Shown piece after piece: positions 61,801 to 64,000 of a stretch of DNA of 64,000 nucleotides; the stretch's first letter is position 1; the number at the start of each line of letters is the position of its first letter. This DNA is from Lingula anatina (taxonomy: Eukaryota; Animalia; Brachiopoda). The position numbers and the translations under genes are program-made. The stretch is from contig CM120644.1 of NCBI GenBank assembly GCA_051362555.1, forward strand, positions 15,770,534-15,834,533, in the 5' to 3' direction. Under the pieces are notes generated by a model, which had not been told where the DNA came from, searched no databases, and saw nothing but the letters and a program-made list of their open reading frames with translations.

Positions 61801-64000
61801 TCAGAAACAGCACAAATTGCGACTTAGTAATCCTGGTTCCGTATTTTCTATTCTAAGTAAAGCGTACCGCTTCACCTGAAATTTAAGCATGTTTGCTTCT
61901 TATTTCAGTTGACCATATTGGAAGAGACATTGTTTGTTGACATTTTGAGAGAATGACACTTACACTGTACGACTTTCAAATATCTAAAACGTGGTGGAAA
62001 TCATCCGTACTCTCTCTCTCTCTCTCTGGTTAATCTTATCATCTTCTGTGTATCCACCTTTTTCACATATGCATTGCAGACCTTCGGTAAATGTTCCAAT
62101 ACACGTAAGAATGATTTCTATCTTTGTGTAAAGCAATATCAAAAAATATTTTTCTTTCTTTTTTTTCTAAAAGGAGTCAATGTATAAACTAAGCATTTGA
62201 TCTGCTCACGGTTGGGTCAAGGAATCAATGTTCACATGTCAGTGGAGTCGTGTCAACATAATTACGAGTACAGCACGTTTCGCTCGTCTCTATCTTATTG
62301 ACTCAGGATAGTTAGTACAGTTCAATTGGCTCCCTGATTGACTTTGATGCCTCGGTAAAGGCCAACTGTCGCGACAAATTTGAGCGTCATATACTAGACT
62401 ACTGGTGACATTTCCCAAACAATGAGCGCGCTATGCTGCGACACAAAAGAGTCAATCGAGGCACATAGGCGGACAGAGGAATGATGCAATGTTGTATGGT
62501 GTAGTATCGACCGTGCTAAGTTTGGGCTATCTAAGTAAAGAAACCGACCCAAACGATATTTTCTCCATGCAAGTTGACAAGGTGGCTGTTAAAGTAGAAG
62601 AAACGTGATCTCGCGAAAACGCATCTTTGCATGTAATACACATGTATAGTGTAAGGACATTCCACTCCAAAGCTGGTTTAGCTTTTGATCTACACAATAT
62701 TTGTCACCCGGTCGCATCTCTCTCTAATCTGTACACATATCGCGATAGCATGCGAACAGTTTAGGCAACGAGGTATTTATGGGCAATTTACATTTACAAG
62801 GCATAACATGGTTGTCGGAAAGCACTTGGTTCAATTGCTTTAATTGCAGAGGTAAACAGCCTGATTATCGAACACGACATTGCATTATACAATTGCATCC
62901 ATGAATCACCGGTTTTCTTCATTAAGATCTATATTTGTAAACCACACATTTTTCTTATTAAGCAAACGATATTATCGAAGTTTGCGTTGTATAATAGAAT
63001 GAGACATGCTTTTCGTCGACTAATGATGGTTTGGCCGGTTAAATATCGCATTCACTGGGTAACTTTTGTACACCGATTAACGGCGATTATCAAATTAACT
63101 ATGGCATAAACGAGCCGATTAGACTATTTGTCCCCAAATCACCATAGGATTGACTTCCTAATGTGGATATCGAACATTTTGATGGCATTTTGACCACTGC
63201 GTTAGTTGCCCGAAAAGAAACAAGACATTTTGGGGGGGATTACCATTTGTTGGCTCCGAGATGTATAATTTGTAACACCAATTGACAATAGCTGTTAGAC
63301 TTAAATATTAGATCTATGTATTTGGTCACCAAGGAATCCATATCTGCCTATCAGTAGTTATTTCGAAATGGACGTCGGACTTTAAAAAAAAGTGACATCG
63401 CTGCACATTTCGAGATGGAAATTCTTGAACGTTGTAGTTTGTAAGAGTTTATATACAGCGAACGCTAATAGAGCGACAGAAATTCCAATAATATTTTTAG
63501 AGACTGACTTCGTGGTACAGCAATTATTAGGAAGTCACAGATACACAAATTTACCGAGGCGAAATTCACCGAAGTACATTGTGCTATTAGACTATAATTT
63601 ACATAAATCACTTTCGAAGTTTGAAGAGTAGGCCTATTACTTATTTCGGTAGACATTTGGTCTACACGCCAAATCTGAATATTGTCGTGACAATCATGCG
63701 TACATGAGAACCACATTAGAGACAAATTATTGTAATGGCGTATTGTAACAGCCGTGGTGCCAGGAAGTTTTGCGGCCGGAAGAAGTCTGGTACGCCATCC
63801 ACGATATCTCCAGTGACACATTTTGAACTGCAGTATACTGGACATGTTCCTTAAGTTGACAAATGTGAAAAGTTGGTTATCAAATGCTGCCAAAGGGAGA
63901 GAAATGAATGCGGTTATTATCATTTAGCCAACCAGTGTTTCTATTAAGGAGAATTATGCATAGACAAGCATACAACACTGCTTAGATCTTAACATAGCAA

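Noticed and set aside
54000-64000. Short ORFs in the last 10 kb, including 63465-63923
   Set aside because: No motifs or consistent exon structure seen; treated as intergenic or intronic, though small exons could have been missed.

Overview
AT-rich animal genomic DNA, most likely from a mollusc or other lophotrochozoan (inferred from the cerebrin-type peptide), with spliced genes and dense transposon debris. From 1 to 19 kb lies a cluster of four intact three-exon EF-hand genes of the sarcoplasmic Ca-binding protein (SCP) / Renilla luciferin-binding protein / aequorin fold. Two are near-identical minus-strand copies inside a very recent ~6.99-kb tandem duplication and two are plus-strand paralogs; there is also an orphan first exon from a further paralog. 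Every gene has an in-frame first exon that is rich in Arg/Lys and has almost no acidic residues. It resembles a mitochondrial presequence and is spliced onto the ATG of the SCP core, which would be unusual for this normally cytosolic family. The minus-strand paralog also carries an aequorin-like H-x-x-F-W-x-T-x-D-P motif after EF-hand IV. The duplication junction places a long presequence exon upstream of a gene whose own leader was mostly deleted. Elsewhere are an intronless class A peptide GPCR with FRC in place of DRY (41.8-42.9 kb) and a spliced PDF/cerebrin neuropeptide precursor that the ORF track only partly shows (51.4-53.4 kb, minus strand). Mobile DNA includes Tc1, CR1-like and Gypsy remnants, a 3.3-kb TIR element, many nested Harbinger-type MITEs and a Penelope-type hammerhead ribozyme relic. 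All family assignments come from reading motifs by eye; no searches were run.
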